Positions 1-9,078 of a stretch of DNA of 36,845 nucleotides are shown one piece after another. The DNA lies in assembly GCA_043779265.1 (NCBI GenBank), contig JAYWEM010000129.1:1-36845 (forward strand). The letters run 5' to 3'. Position 1 is the first letter of the stretch, and every line of letters begins with the position of its first letter. The position numbers and the translations under genes are program-made. This DNA is from a bacterium (GTDB lineage: Bacteria > Eisenbacteria > RBG-16-71-46). A model generated the notes under the pieces. It was given only the letters and a program-made list of their open reading frames with translations. It had not been told where the DNA came from and searched no databases.

Positions 1-2027
1 GCGAACACCGTCGCACTCGGGATCATCGCGATCGGATGCCAGGCTCCGATCGGGTCTCGCTCTCCCGGCAGTCGGAGGGCTGCGATCGCGATCGGCTGCG
101 CTCCCGGACTGAACAGCAGCACGCGGTGAGAGCGCACCAGATCGATCACATCCCCCAGCAACGAGCGGCCCAGGCTGGCAGCCGCCTCGTCGGCGACCGC
201 GACGTCCGTTCCGGAGAGCAGCTCGTGAAAGCGATCGAGTCGCTGCACGAACGCGCGACTCGGACCCAGATCCACCAGGCGAAGCGTCGCGAGAGAGACC
301 GCGATCAGGATCGTTCGGTCGCCTCCCGTGTGCAGATCGAGCAGCAGCTCGCCGTCTCGCAGCACCTGGGCGCGGAGTCGGGTCAACGTGACCGGGCGGA
401 AGGCCCCTGCCGAGTCCGGATTCCCGGGGGCGCGCAGACGTTCATCGAGTGTGATGGCCTTGAGCGGCTGCAGCGCGTCGAACACGCGCTCGGCTCGCAC
501 CGTTGGCGTCATCGGCAATGCGGGATCCGTGAGCACGCGAGCCGCGAGGGCCGACACCGCGGCAGCATCGTCGCCGAAGCTCTCGCGCGACGTGTAGTCG
601 CGGCTGAACGAACGCAGTGCGAGGAGCTGCTTCGTGAGCAAGGGCAGTCGCTCGGCCGCCTCGGACAACCGGCCCAACTCCGCCAGCGCCTCGGTGCGGA
701 GCCGCGAGCTGACGAGATCCCCGCGAGCGGGCTTCGTCCACTGATCCACCTTGCCGACTTCGTCGATGACCGCGAGCGCATCCGCCGGTCGGCCGTTCAT
801 CACGAACGCGCGCACGATCTCGGCACGCAGCTCGCCCCCGACGCCGGCGTCCAGGCCGGCGAGGTCGCCTCGATGCCGAATCGCCAGCGTGAGGGCCTCG
901 GCACCGCGGCGCTGATTGGAAAGCGCCAACATGAGAACGGCGGTTGCACGCAGATTCGCCGGCCTGCCGATCGAATCCCGCAAGGCGAGCACGGACCGCA
1001 TGCGACGCTCGGCCTCACCATTTCGAATCTGCCTCAGGCGAACCGATGCGAGCGACGTCTCGAGTTCGGCCCAGGAATCAAGATCGCGCGTGCGCCATTC
1101 GCTGCTCGCGCGCTCGAGCACGCTGGCCGCCTCTTCGGATCGGCCGAGCTGCGAGAGGGCACGCGCGAGGTTGTCGTAGCTCGAGGGCTGCAGCGGCCGC
1201 CCGGTGCGTCGTTCGTGCTCGGAATAGGCCGACTGCGACAGTCGGATCAGCTCGAGCGAGCGACGTGGGTCCCCGAGCCACCATTCGAGTACACCGAGAT
1301 TGTTGTAGAGCTGGGCTTCGGTGAGGCGGTCCTCGGCGGCTCGCGCCTCCCGGACCTGACTCATCGTCAGCTCGCGCATCTCGTCGTGGCGTCCCTGCCG
1401 CGTCAGGACGCGCTGGAGTCCGACACCCGCCTGGCGCAGACCCATCGCGTCGCCAGCCGTCGTGAACAACTCCCGCGAGCGCCGATAGCCCTGACGCGAT
1501 GCTTCGACCCGGCCGCGCTCCAGGTCGGCGAGCGCCAGCCCCAATCGAGCCCAGCCCTCATGCGACGGGCTGCCCCACGATCGCGCCCAATCGCGCATGC
1601 GAGCCCACAGTCGAATCGACTCCTCATGTCGCCCACCCTCGGTGCGAGCGAGAGCCCGCCACCTCGTCGCCTCGAGCACGCCCAGCGTGTCACGCAGCGC
1701 GATCGCCAACTGGTCGGCCGCGACCAGATCGGCCTCGCCCTGATCGAATTCGCCGCGATAAGTGCGCGTGCCGCCTCGCTTGATGAGCGCCTGCATCAGC
1801 AGCGCGCGGTCCCCTCGCGCCCTCGCGCCGTTCACCAGCGAGTCCAGGAACACCCACGCCTCGGTGCGCTTCCCGGCCCGGTCGAGTTGGTCGAAGCGGC
1901 CGATCAGCGCGCGATTGCGCCGCCACGACTCATTGGTCGGGAACGGTGGCTCACCTTGCTGACCGAGCGCAAGGGTCGGCAGGAAGAGCGAGGCCAGCAG
2001 GACGAACAACGGCAGCGACAGGCGCAT
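1..2027 (-). CDS. Secreted TPR + CHAT (caspase-like) domain protein; 3' end runs off the window
   Basis: Not in the ORF track because no stop occurs in the window. Manual translation from ATG 2027: signal peptide MRLSLPLFVLLASLFLPTLALG, TPR-like helices (EAQLYNNLGVLEW, SYDNLARALSQLGRSEEA), then CHAT-entry-like segments (VLLFSPG...IAALRLP, IAMIPSATVF). Catalytic His/Cys would lie outside the window. Confidence 0.75.
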   Translation of the reverse strand, partial: MRLSLPLFVLLASLFLPTLALGQQGEPPFPTNESWRRNRALIGRFDQLDRAGKRTEAWVFLDSLVNGARARGDRALLMQALIKRGGTRTYRGEFDQGEADLVAADQLAIALRDTLGVLEATRWRALARTEGGRHEESIRLWARMRDWARSWGSPSHEGWARLGLALADLERGRVEASRQGYRRSRELFTTAGDAMGLRQAGVGLQRVLTRQGRHDEMRELTMSQVREARAAEDRLTEAQLYNNLGVLEWWLGDPRRSLELIRLSQSAYSEHERRTGRPLQPSSYDNLARALSQLGRSEEAASVLERASSEWRTRDLDSWAELETSLASVRLRQIRNGEAERRMRSVLALRDSIGRPANLRATAVLMLALSNQRRGAEALTLAIRHRGDLAGLDAGVGGELRAEIVRAFVMNGRPADALAVIDEVGKVDQWTKPARGDLVSSRLRTEALAELGRLSEAAERLPLLTKQLLALRSFSRDYTSRESFGDDAAAVSALAARVLTDPALPMTPTVRAERVFDALQPLKAITLDERLRAPGNPDSAGAFRPVTLTRLRAQVLRDGELLLDLHTGGDRTILIAVSLATLRLVDLGPSRAFVQRLDRFHELLSGTDVAVADEAAASLGRSLLGDVIDLVRSHRVLLFSPGAQPIAIAALRLPGERDPIGAWHPIAMIPSATVF

Positions 2028-2213
2028 GGGCTCAGGATGCCGTATCGCAGGGCCATCCGGCGAACCGTGAGAATACCATTCTGGTTGCGCGGACTCCGCC
2101 GAGGCGTCACTCTTCTCACTCGGAACTTCGGCCCCATCCCCCCATGGAGGCCTCCGCCCCCCGGCCGCCCCGGGTGCGGGCCCGCCCCTCGACAGCTGCG
2201 ATCAGGAGTCTCC

Positions 2214-2705
2214 ATGGATCCCCTTGTCCTCATCCGGTACGTGCACCTTCTTTCCGCCTTCATCTTCGTCTCGGCGCTGATGGCCGCGCACTGGAACGTG
2301 ATCGCCGCGCGCCGCGACGCGGACTGGCGCGCTCGTGCGGCGCTGTTCGAGCTGAATCAGCGGATCGGACGCTACTTCGCGCTCGCGCCGCTTCTGGCGC
2401 TCGGCATCGCCGGCAACCTCCTGGCGATCCAGTTGGGCTACCGGATGGCCGATACCCCCACTTTCCGCATCGTCAATGGCTTGTGGATGTTGCAGCTCGT
2501 GCTGCTCGTCGCTGTCGAGATCTCGTCAGCGGGCAAGCTCGCCGCGCTCTCGCGCGCCGCCGCCAACGCCACCTCTCGCGACGATTCCAACTCCGCCGAC
2601 CCCGTCGAGTGGCGGCCGCTCCTCGGCCGCTGGCGACTCGGCAATGCTGCGCAACTCGTGCTCTTCGTCGTGTTGCTCTACTTCATGGCCCGTCCTTGGA
2701 GCTGA
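2214..2705 (+). CDS. Integral membrane protein, DUF2269-like (about 4 TM)
   Basis: AGGAG RBS before ATG 2214; MDPLVLIRYVHLLSAFIF start, four hydrophobic segments, C-terminal FMARPWS. The upstream part of track ORF 36..2705 is antisense shadow of the CHAT gene. Confidence 0.6.
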   Translation: MDPLVLIRYVHLLSAFIFVSALMAAHWNVIAARRDADWRARAALFELNQRIGRYFALAPLLALGIAGNLLAIQLGYRMADTPTFRIVNGLWMLQLVLLVAVEISSAGKLAALSRAAANATSRDDSNSADPVEWRPLLGRWRLGNAAQLVLFVVLLYFMARPWS

Positions 2706-2736
2706 AGGACGAGCGCTCCCCCAACGTGAGGTGAGA

Positions 2737-5700
2737 ATGTCCCGATCGCGTCGTCTGTTCGTGTTGGCCGCCCCTCTCGCGCTGCTCCTCCTCGTCGCCA
2801 CGCAAGCGCTCGCCGCGACCGTGTTCACGCGCTCAGGGCTTCTGCCTCGAGGGGCAGCAACCGCGATCGCCGCGCGGCCCGAGGTCTCGCGCCTGAGCCT
2901 CGAGCCCTCCGCCGTCGAGGAGTTCCGCGCCGCCAAGGGCGGCGAGCTCTCGCTTCCGCTCGCCGATGGCTCAGAACTCTCGCTGGAGCTGGAGCCCTAT
3001 GATCTGTTGGGCGCAGGTAACAGCGTCTCCATCACGGACGCGCAGGGCCGCAGGCCCGCTCCGGTCTCGACGACGCTCTATCGCGGCCGCGTCACCGGGG
3101 AGAAGGATTCCTGGGTCGTGCTCGCGCTCTCGGCCCATGGCGCGATGGGAACCATCGAGCGCGCCGGGCGTCGCTGGCAGCTTCAACCCACTGAAGCCGG
3201 TACCGGCCCCGTGAGGTCCCACACCTACTCGCCCGAGGATGTGCTCGCGTCCCAGGGGACATCGCGTCAGTGCGGAATCGACGAACGCAACCTGGACGCC
3301 TACCAGCCATTCGGTCCGGGACCGGTCGTCGATCCGGGAGCGATGCGCCTGGGCCCCGGCCGCGAGAACACGCCGATGGCGGTGCAGCTCAACGCGCCTC
3401 GTCTCGTCTACAGCATCGCGGTGGACTGCGACCAGGAGATCTACGCGGTCAAGTTCGCCTCGAACCTCACCAACGCCACCAACTACATCCTGACGCTGCT
3501 CGGCACTGTGAACCTCGTATACGAGCGCGACGCGGAGATCACGCTCAAGTTCCCGTACGTGAATCTGTGGACCGCGTCGGACCCGTACTCGGCGAACAAC
3601 ACGACCGACCAGCTCACGCAGTTCCGCGACTACTGGAACAACAACATGGGCGCCGTCTCGCGCTCGTCGGCGCATCTGCTCTCCGGACGCTCGCTCGGCG
3701 GCGGCATCGCCTACGTCGGCGCGATGTGCGGCGGGTTCGCCTACGCCGTCAGCGCCATCGACGCCAACTACGTCTACCCCACGAGCACGGCGACGTGGGA
3801 CCTCACGGTCGTGGCGCACGAGCAGGGCCACAACCTCGGCGCCTGGCACACGCACTCCTGCAACTACGCCGCGCTGGGTTACTACCCGGTCGGCGGCACG
3901 CCCGACTCCTGCCAGGCGAGTGAAGGTGGGTGCGCCACCTACACGAATCGCGTGCCTCCCGACAAGGGCACGATCATGAGCTACTGCCATCTGAACGCCG
4001 GTGTCGCGAACGGGATCCGCGTCGACTTCCACACGGCCTCGATCTCGCGCATGCGCACGTACTCGGCGGGCGCCTCGTGCGTGACGCCGGCGGCGATCCC
4101 CCCGGCACGCAACCCGCAGATCGCCGCCACGGCGACCGGTGTCCGCCTGTCATGGACGACGCTCGCGATCCCCAACTTCGTACGGCACGACATCTACCGC
4201 AGCACGCTGCCCCTCGATCTCGCCCCGACCTACCTCGGCACGACGACCGGCAACTTCTTCGATCACGCGGCGCTCGGTCAGTATTACTACCGGATCCGCA
4301 CCTACACCGTCAGCGACTCCTCGGCATGGAGCGCCGAGCTCAAGGCCAACGTGTGCTCGTTCGCACCCGCCGTGAACACGATAACCGCTTCACTGCCCTC
4401 GGCGATCCGCTCGGCGGATCTGAATGAGGACGGCATCCAGGACCTGGTTGTGGCCAACTTCGGCGCTCATACGCTGAGCGTGATGCTGGGGCTCGGCACC
4501 GCGGGCGTCGGCAACGGCACGTTCGCCGCGCCGGTGAGCGTGCCGACCGGAGCCAACCCCAACTCGCTCGCGTTCACCGATGTCGATGACGACGGCATCC
4601 TCGACGTGGTCGTCGGGCTCGATGCCCAGACCGATCTCGCGATCCACCGCGGCTTGGGCACCGCTGGCGTCGGCGACGGCACGCTGGACGCGGCCACCTT
4701 CGTCCCGCTGCCGATGGCGGCGCGCAGTGTCGCGATCGCCGACCTCGACGAGGATGGCTATGAGGACCTGATCGCGGTGGGAGGCGGAAGCGGACTCGCC
4801 ATCGCGCGCGGCCAGGGCCTGTCGGGAATCGGCGACGGCACGTTCGCGGCGGCCACGCTGATCTCCGTGACCACCTCACCAGCCGTCGTGCAGGTGGTGG
4901 ACTTGAACGAGGATGGCATCTGGGATCTGGCCATCGGCGCCTCGTCATTGCGCGTGCTGCTCGGCAACGGCACCGCCGGCAAGGGCGACGGCACGTTCGG
5001 CCCCGTCGTCACCTACAGCGTCGGCTCCACGCCCTCGAGCATCGCCGCAGGCGATCTGAATGGCGATGGCATCACCGACCTGGTGGTGGGCAACGCCGGC
5101 ACCAACACACTCAGCGTGCTTCTCGGCAACGGCACCGCCGGAGTCGGCGACGGGACGCTGCAGGCGGCGATCACCGTCAGCACGGGTGCGAACGGACCTC
5201 GCGACGTGCAGCTCGCCGATTGGAATCAGGACGGGCTGCCGGATGTGGGCATGGCCAACAACAGCAGCGCCAAGGTGGCCACCGTCTTGCAGGGCAACGG
5301 CGACGGCACGTTCAGCCCGCCCAGCACCTACGCGGTGAGCACCGTGCCCTACGCCGTGGCACTCTCGGACTTCGACGAGGATGGCGGCGTCGACCTGGTG
5401 GTGTGCAACCGCAGCACGCAGAACGTCTCAAGGCTGATGGCGGGCTGCGATGCCACGACGTCGAGTGCGCTCGCCATCGTCTCGCCCAATGGAAGCGAGA
5501 CCTGGTTCGAAGCCGAGGAGCGTGTCATCTCGTGGACCAAGGGCTCGGGCGTGCTGTCGGTGGATGTCGAGGTGTCGCACGACGACGGCCTCAACTGGCA
5601 GACCATCGCCTCGAATGTGCACGAGACCTCGTTCACGTGGTCGGTGACGCCGAGGCAGGCGGTGGGGACGGCGAGGGTCCGAGTCGTCGATCGCAATCGG

Positions 5701-6042
5701 CCGCAGTATCAAGACGGCAGCGACGCCGCGTTCTCACTCGTGCCGCTCAGCGCGCTGTCGGTGGATGATCGCGTGGCGCGTCTGGCGCTGCGTGGCGCGT
5801 GGCCGAATCCGATGCGCGGCGCACTCACGGTGTCGTTCGCGCTGCCGCGCGAGGGCGATGTCCAGCTCGAGCTGATCGACCTGGCCGGCCGCCGTGTCGT
5901 CTCGCGGATCGAACGCTCGCTCGCCCCGGGCGCGCACCGCCTGTCACTGGCGCACGGCCTCTCGTTGGCGCCGGGCCTGTATCTGGTGCGCCTGGCCCAC
6001 GGCGGCGAGATGCGTTCGCTCAAGGTCGCGGTCATCGACTAG
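2737..6042 (+). CDS. Secreted M12/reprolysin-like zinc metalloprotease with 7 FG-GAP repeats and a T9SS-type/FlgD-like C-terminal domain
   Basis: GAGG RBS and ATG 2737; signal peptide; metzincin motif HEQGHNLGAWH with Met-turn GTIMSYCH; seven DxxxDGxxDL/V repeats; C-terminal PNP...DLAGRRV...PGLYLVRL. Confidence 0.85.
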   Translation: MSRSRRLFVLAAPLALLLLVATQALAATVFTRSGLLPRGAATAIAARPEVSRLSLEPSAVEEFRAAKGGELSLPLADGSELSLELEPYDLLGAGNSVSITDAQGRRPAPVSTTLYRGRVTGEKDSWVVLALSAHGAMGTIERAGRRWQLQPTEAGTGPVRSHTYSPEDVLASQGTSRQCGIDERNLDAYQPFGPGPVVDPGAMRLGPGRENTPMAVQLNAPRLVYSIAVDCDQEIYAVKFASNLTNATNYILTLLGTVNLVYERDAEITLKFPYVNLWTASDPYSANNTTDQLTQFRDYWNNNMGAVSRSSAHLLSGRSLGGGIAYVGAMCGGFAYAVSAIDANYVYPTSTATWDLTVVAHEQGHNLGAWHTHSCNYAALGYYPVGGTPDSCQASEGGCATYTNRVPPDKGTIMSYCHLNAGVANGIRVDFHTASISRMRTYSAGASCVTPAAIPPARNPQIAATATGVRLSWTTLAIPNFVRHDIYRSTLPLDLAPTYLGTTTGNFFDHAALGQYYYRIRTYTVSDSSAWSAELKANVCSFAPAVNTITASLPSAIRSADLNEDGIQDLVVANFGAHTLSVMLGLGTAGVGNGTFAAPVSVPTGANPNSLAFTDVDDDGILDVVVGLDAQTDLAIHRGLGTAGVGDGTLDAATFVPLPMAARSVAIADLDEDGYEDLIAVGGGSGLAIARGQGLSGIGDGTFAAATLISVTTSPAVVQVVDLNEDGIWDLAIGASSLRVLLGNGTAGKGDGTFGPVVTYSVGSTPSSIAAGDLNGDGITDLVVGNAGTNTLSVLLGNGTAGVGDGTLQAAITVSTGANGPRDVQLADWNQDGLPDVGMANNSSAKVATVLQGNGDGTFSPPSTYAVSTVPYAVALSDFDEDGGVDLVVCNRSTQNVSRLMAGCDATTSSALAIVSPNGSETWFEAEERVISWTKGSGVLSVDVEVSHDDGLNWQTIASNVHETSFTWSVTPRQAVGTARVRVVDRNRPQYQDGSDAAFSLVPLSALSVDDRVARLALRGAWPNPMRGALTVSFALPREGDVQLELIDLAGRRVVSRIERSLAPGAHRLSLAHGLSLAPGLYLVRLAHGGEMRSLKVAVID
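4415..5420 (+). repeat. Seven intragenic FG-GAP/VCBS-type repeats (approximate bounds)
   Basis: DLNEDGIQDL, DVDDDGILDV, DLDEDGYEDL, DLNEDGIWDL, DLNGDGITDL, DWNQDGLPDV, DFDEDGGVDL. Confidence 0.85.
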
Positions 6043-6044
6043 GC

Positions 6045-6072
6045 AACGCACGGCGCTCGGCGCTCGTGCGTT
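6045..6072 (+). terminator. Stem-loop directly after the metalloprotease stop
   Basis: aacgcacg-gcgc / tcg loop / gcgc-t-cgtgcgtt; no real U tract. Confidence 0.4.
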
Positions 6073-6132
6073 CTGCAATCCGTTGCAGGCGCGCGAGTGC
6101 CGCAAACCACGGCGCTTGCGTGCACGCGGCTA

Positions 6133-6148
6133 TGGCCGCCTGCTTGCA
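6133..6148 (+). promoter_or_regulatory. Candidate sigma-54 -24/-12 promoter
   Basis: TGGCCGCCTGCTTGCA has the exact GG-N10-GC spacing, about 65 bp upstream of ATG 6212. Confidence 0.4.
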
Positions 6149-6211
6149 CCATTCCCCTGTGCGCGCGGGGTTCCGAGGCCTCGGATCCGCCGCGCCCCGA
6201 GGGGGGTGCAC

Positions 6212-8887
6212 ATGGGTCGAATGCACTGGGCGTCGGTCGCATCGCTCGCATTGATGCTCGTCACGGCATCGGTCGCGATCGCGAGCGACGAGCCCTCCGA
6301 CGTGCTGCGCGAGCGCGACGACACCGCGTGGCAACGCGCGCTGATGCTACGCGAGAAACGCGCCGCGATCTTCTCGGGTGCTGAGCGCCGAGCCGCGAGA
6401 CTCGCCGAACGCGCGCGGCTTGCGAGGCGCGCCAAGCGAGGCGAGGAGGCGGCGCGCGTGGCGCTGGCGGCCTTCCGGCTCAAGCGTCCGGCCGGCGACG
6501 TGGACGGCCCCTTGCCGATCTCGTCGTCGCTCCAAGCCGGCATCGAGCGAGCCACGTCGCGCTCGACCGCGGCACTGCCGCTCAACGTGCGCACCAACTC
6601 GACGAGCGGCGATGCTGCCGGCGCGGGTCAGTCCGAGACCTCGATCGCCGTGCTGGGCGACCACGTCGTGGTGGCGTGGAACGATGGGCAGGGGTTCAAC
6701 ACCAGCGGCGACACGCAGGGCTTCGCGTGGTCGAACGATGGCGGCGCGACGTTCGTCGATGGTGGCGACGTCCTGCACCCGCCCGCCTACCCCGGCTGGC
6801 GCTGGACCAGCGATCCCGTGCTCACCGTGAACGAGCGGACAGGGGAGTTCTGGTACTGCGGGCTCGCCGATCCCGACTTCGCCACCAACGCGATCGGCGT
6901 GGCGCGCGGCCGCTTCGTCGGCGGAGCGTTCGCGTTCGACAGCGTGTTCGTGGTGAGGCAGGTCGCGCACTCGGCCGCGTTCCTCGACAAGCAGTGGATG
7001 ACCGCCGACTCGGCGAGCGGATTGCTGATCGTGACCAACACGACGTTCGCGGCCTCCAACCAGATCGACGCCTATCGTTCGAGCAATGGCGGCCGCACGT
7101 GGTCGACGGCCACCAAGCTCTCGAGCACGACGGACAATGGTTACGTGCAGGGCTCTCGCATCGCCGTCGGGCCCGTCGGTGAGCTGCACGCGATCTGGTT
7201 CGCAGCCGATCAGGTGACCGATGAGGACAACGTGCGCTATCGCCGCTCGCTGGATGGCGGCGCCACGTGGTCGGCGGAGACGACACCCGTTCGCTATCTC
7301 GCCAACACCGCGAGCGGCGCGCCCGGGTTCAATCGAGAACGTGGCATCGCGTTCCCGAGTCTTGCGGTCGACCGCTCCTCGGGAGTGAATCGCGGTCGCC
7401 TGCACGTGGCGTGGGCCGAGAGCTTCAACTACTGGAACGACCTGTTCCCCTCGACCACCAGCACGCCGTCGAAGCTCGAGGTCGAGGGCAATGACGCGAC
7501 GTCCTCGGCCACGCCGTTCACGATCGGCCACGTGCTGCGCGGCACGCTGGCCGCCACGAATAACCAAAACGACCGCGACTACTTCTCGTGTGCGCTCTCG
7601 GCCGGCGAGCATCTCTACGTGCTCGCCGACTCCACACGTTCGACCAGCGGCACCACGAATTCGGCCGCATTCACGATGCGGCTGTTCGCCCCCGATGGCA
7701 CGCAGCAACTGGGCTACTCGGGCGACACCGATAGCGCGAGCGTGTCGAGCGCCCGCTGGATCTTCACCTCTCCGGTCAGCGGTACCTACTACCTGCGCAT
7801 GGCGGCGATCTCGCGCCGGACGATCGCCTACCGCATCCGCACGAGGCTCGGCGTGCGCGGCAGCGAACGCGGCCGCGACCACCGCGATGTGTTCGCCGCA
7901 TGGGGAGAGGGAGGCGCCTGGAGCACTCCCGTGCGCATCGGCGATGACGGCATCGGTTTCGACAGCTTCCTGCCCGAGATCGCCGTCGCCGCCGACGGCA
8001 TGCCCTACGCGTGGTGGTACGACCATCGCGACGACCTGTTCGGATCGCGCGCGCATGCCTATGTGACGCGTTCCCAGAACGGCGGCGTCAGCTGGCAACC
8101 GAGCACGCGCTTCACCACCTCGTCGTCCAACTTCACGGCGTCGGCCAGCAACATCTCCCCCAACATCGGCGACTACAATCACCTCGCCGCCAGCGCCACG
8201 CGCCTGCACCCCGTGTGGTCCGACGCGAGGGGCCCCGACATCGACGTGTGGAGCGCCGGACTCCCCACAACCACCAGCGCGCTCGCCGCCGCCGCCGACA
8301 CCACGCTCGCGCCTTCGGCGCAGGCCACGTTGGCTTGGACGATCCGCAACGACAGCCCGTTGTTCGAGGGGGACCACCAGTTCTCGCTCTCCGACACGCG
8401 CGGCTGGCTGACGGGCGGCGCCACGCCGATCACGCTCTCATCCGAGGCCCAGACCAGCTTCATGACCCAGGTAAGCGTTCCCGACTCGGCCGCTGACGGC
8501 ACGAACACGCTCTGCCTTTCGGTCACGAATGCCGCCGGCGTCCTGGTCCGTCGCTGCTGCGCGACGATCGCGGTGCAGGCACCGGCCCTCGGCGTGGGTG
8601 GCTCCTCCGTGGGCCTGTCGCTCGGCCGGCCCAGCCCCAACCCCGCACTCGGTGCCGCCTGGATCGCCTACTCGCTGCCACGCGCGGGGCGCGTCCGGCT
8701 CGCCGTCTACGACCTGAGCGGTGCCCGCGTGCGCGACCTGCTCTCCGGCGACCAGGGCGCCGGCCCCGGCCGCGTGCGCTGGGACGGCCGAGACGCCCAC
8801 GGCACCCTCGTGCGTGCCGGCGCCTACTTCGTGCGCCTTGAGGCCGCTGGCGAAGTGCGGGTGCAGCGATTGGCGCTGCTGAGGTAG
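6212..8887 (+). CDS. Secreted BNR/Asp-box (sialidase-like) beta-propeller protein with PPC-like insert and FlgD-Ig/T9SS-like C-terminal domain
   Basis: Signal peptide; Asp boxes SNDGGATF, SSNGGRTW, SLDGGATW, SQNGGVSW; FLDKQW and IGDYNHL propeller motifs; EVEGND...DRDYF PPC-like insert; C-terminal PNP...VYDLSGARVR...WDGRD...AGAYFVRL. Confidence 0.75.
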   Translation: MGRMHWASVASLALMLVTASVAIASDEPSDVLRERDDTAWQRALMLREKRAAIFSGAERRAARLAERARLARRAKRGEEAARVALAAFRLKRPAGDVDGPLPISSSLQAGIERATSRSTAALPLNVRTNSTSGDAAGAGQSETSIAVLGDHVVVAWNDGQGFNTSGDTQGFAWSNDGGATFVDGGDVLHPPAYPGWRWTSDPVLTVNERTGEFWYCGLADPDFATNAIGVARGRFVGGAFAFDSVFVVRQVAHSAAFLDKQWMTADSASGLLIVTNTTFAASNQIDAYRSSNGGRTWSTATKLSSTTDNGYVQGSRIAVGPVGELHAIWFAADQVTDEDNVRYRRSLDGGATWSAETTPVRYLANTASGAPGFNRERGIAFPSLAVDRSSGVNRGRLHVAWAESFNYWNDLFPSTTSTPSKLEVEGNDATSSATPFTIGHVLRGTLAATNNQNDRDYFSCALSAGEHLYVLADSTRSTSGTTNSAAFTMRLFAPDGTQQLGYSGDTDSASVSSARWIFTSPVSGTYYLRMAAISRRTIAYRIRTRLGVRGSERGRDHRDVFAAWGEGGAWSTPVRIGDDGIGFDSFLPEIAVAADGMPYAWWYDHRDDLFGSRAHAYVTRSQNGGVSWQPSTRFTTSSSNFTASASNISPNIGDYNHLAASATRLHPVWSDARGPDIDVWSAGLPTTTSALAAAADTTLAPSAQATLAWTIRNDSPLFEGDHQFSLSDTRGWLTGGATPITLSSEAQTSFMTQVSVPDSAADGTNTLCLSVTNAAGVLVRRCCATIAVQAPALGVGGSSVGLSLGRPSPNPALGAAWIAYSLPRAGRVRLAVYDLSGARVRDLLSGDQGAGPGRVRWDGRDAHGTLVRAGAYFVRLEAAGEVRVQRLALLR

Positions 8888-9078
8888 TCAGCCGACGGAC
8901 CACATTCGTGCCGGGTGAGCTGGCCCGCGGGTCGAGATCGTCGGCAACGTGCCCCCCCCCGACGACATGCAACAGTGGCGGCCCCCAACCCGCACGAATT
9001 GCCTTGAACGGCCGTCGCACCCTGATACTTTCCCATTTCACGCTATCCGGCGTGAGGGCCCTTAACATGGAGGTGTGT

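Noticed and set aside
36..2213. N-terminal part of the 889-aa plus-strand ORF
   Set aside because: Antisense shadow of the TPR-CHAT gene; only 2214-2705 has an RBS and protein-like composition.
4415..5420. CRISPR-like periodic repeats
   Set aside because: Degenerate in-frame FG-GAP coding repeats; no repeat-spacer array or cas genes.
6347..8377. 676-aa minus-strand ORF
   Set aside because: Antisense to a well-supported gene; typical high-GC shadow ORF without motifs.
8952..8960. C9 tract as a phase-variation site
   Set aside because: Intergenic and outside the candidate promoter spacer; unremarkable at this GC content.
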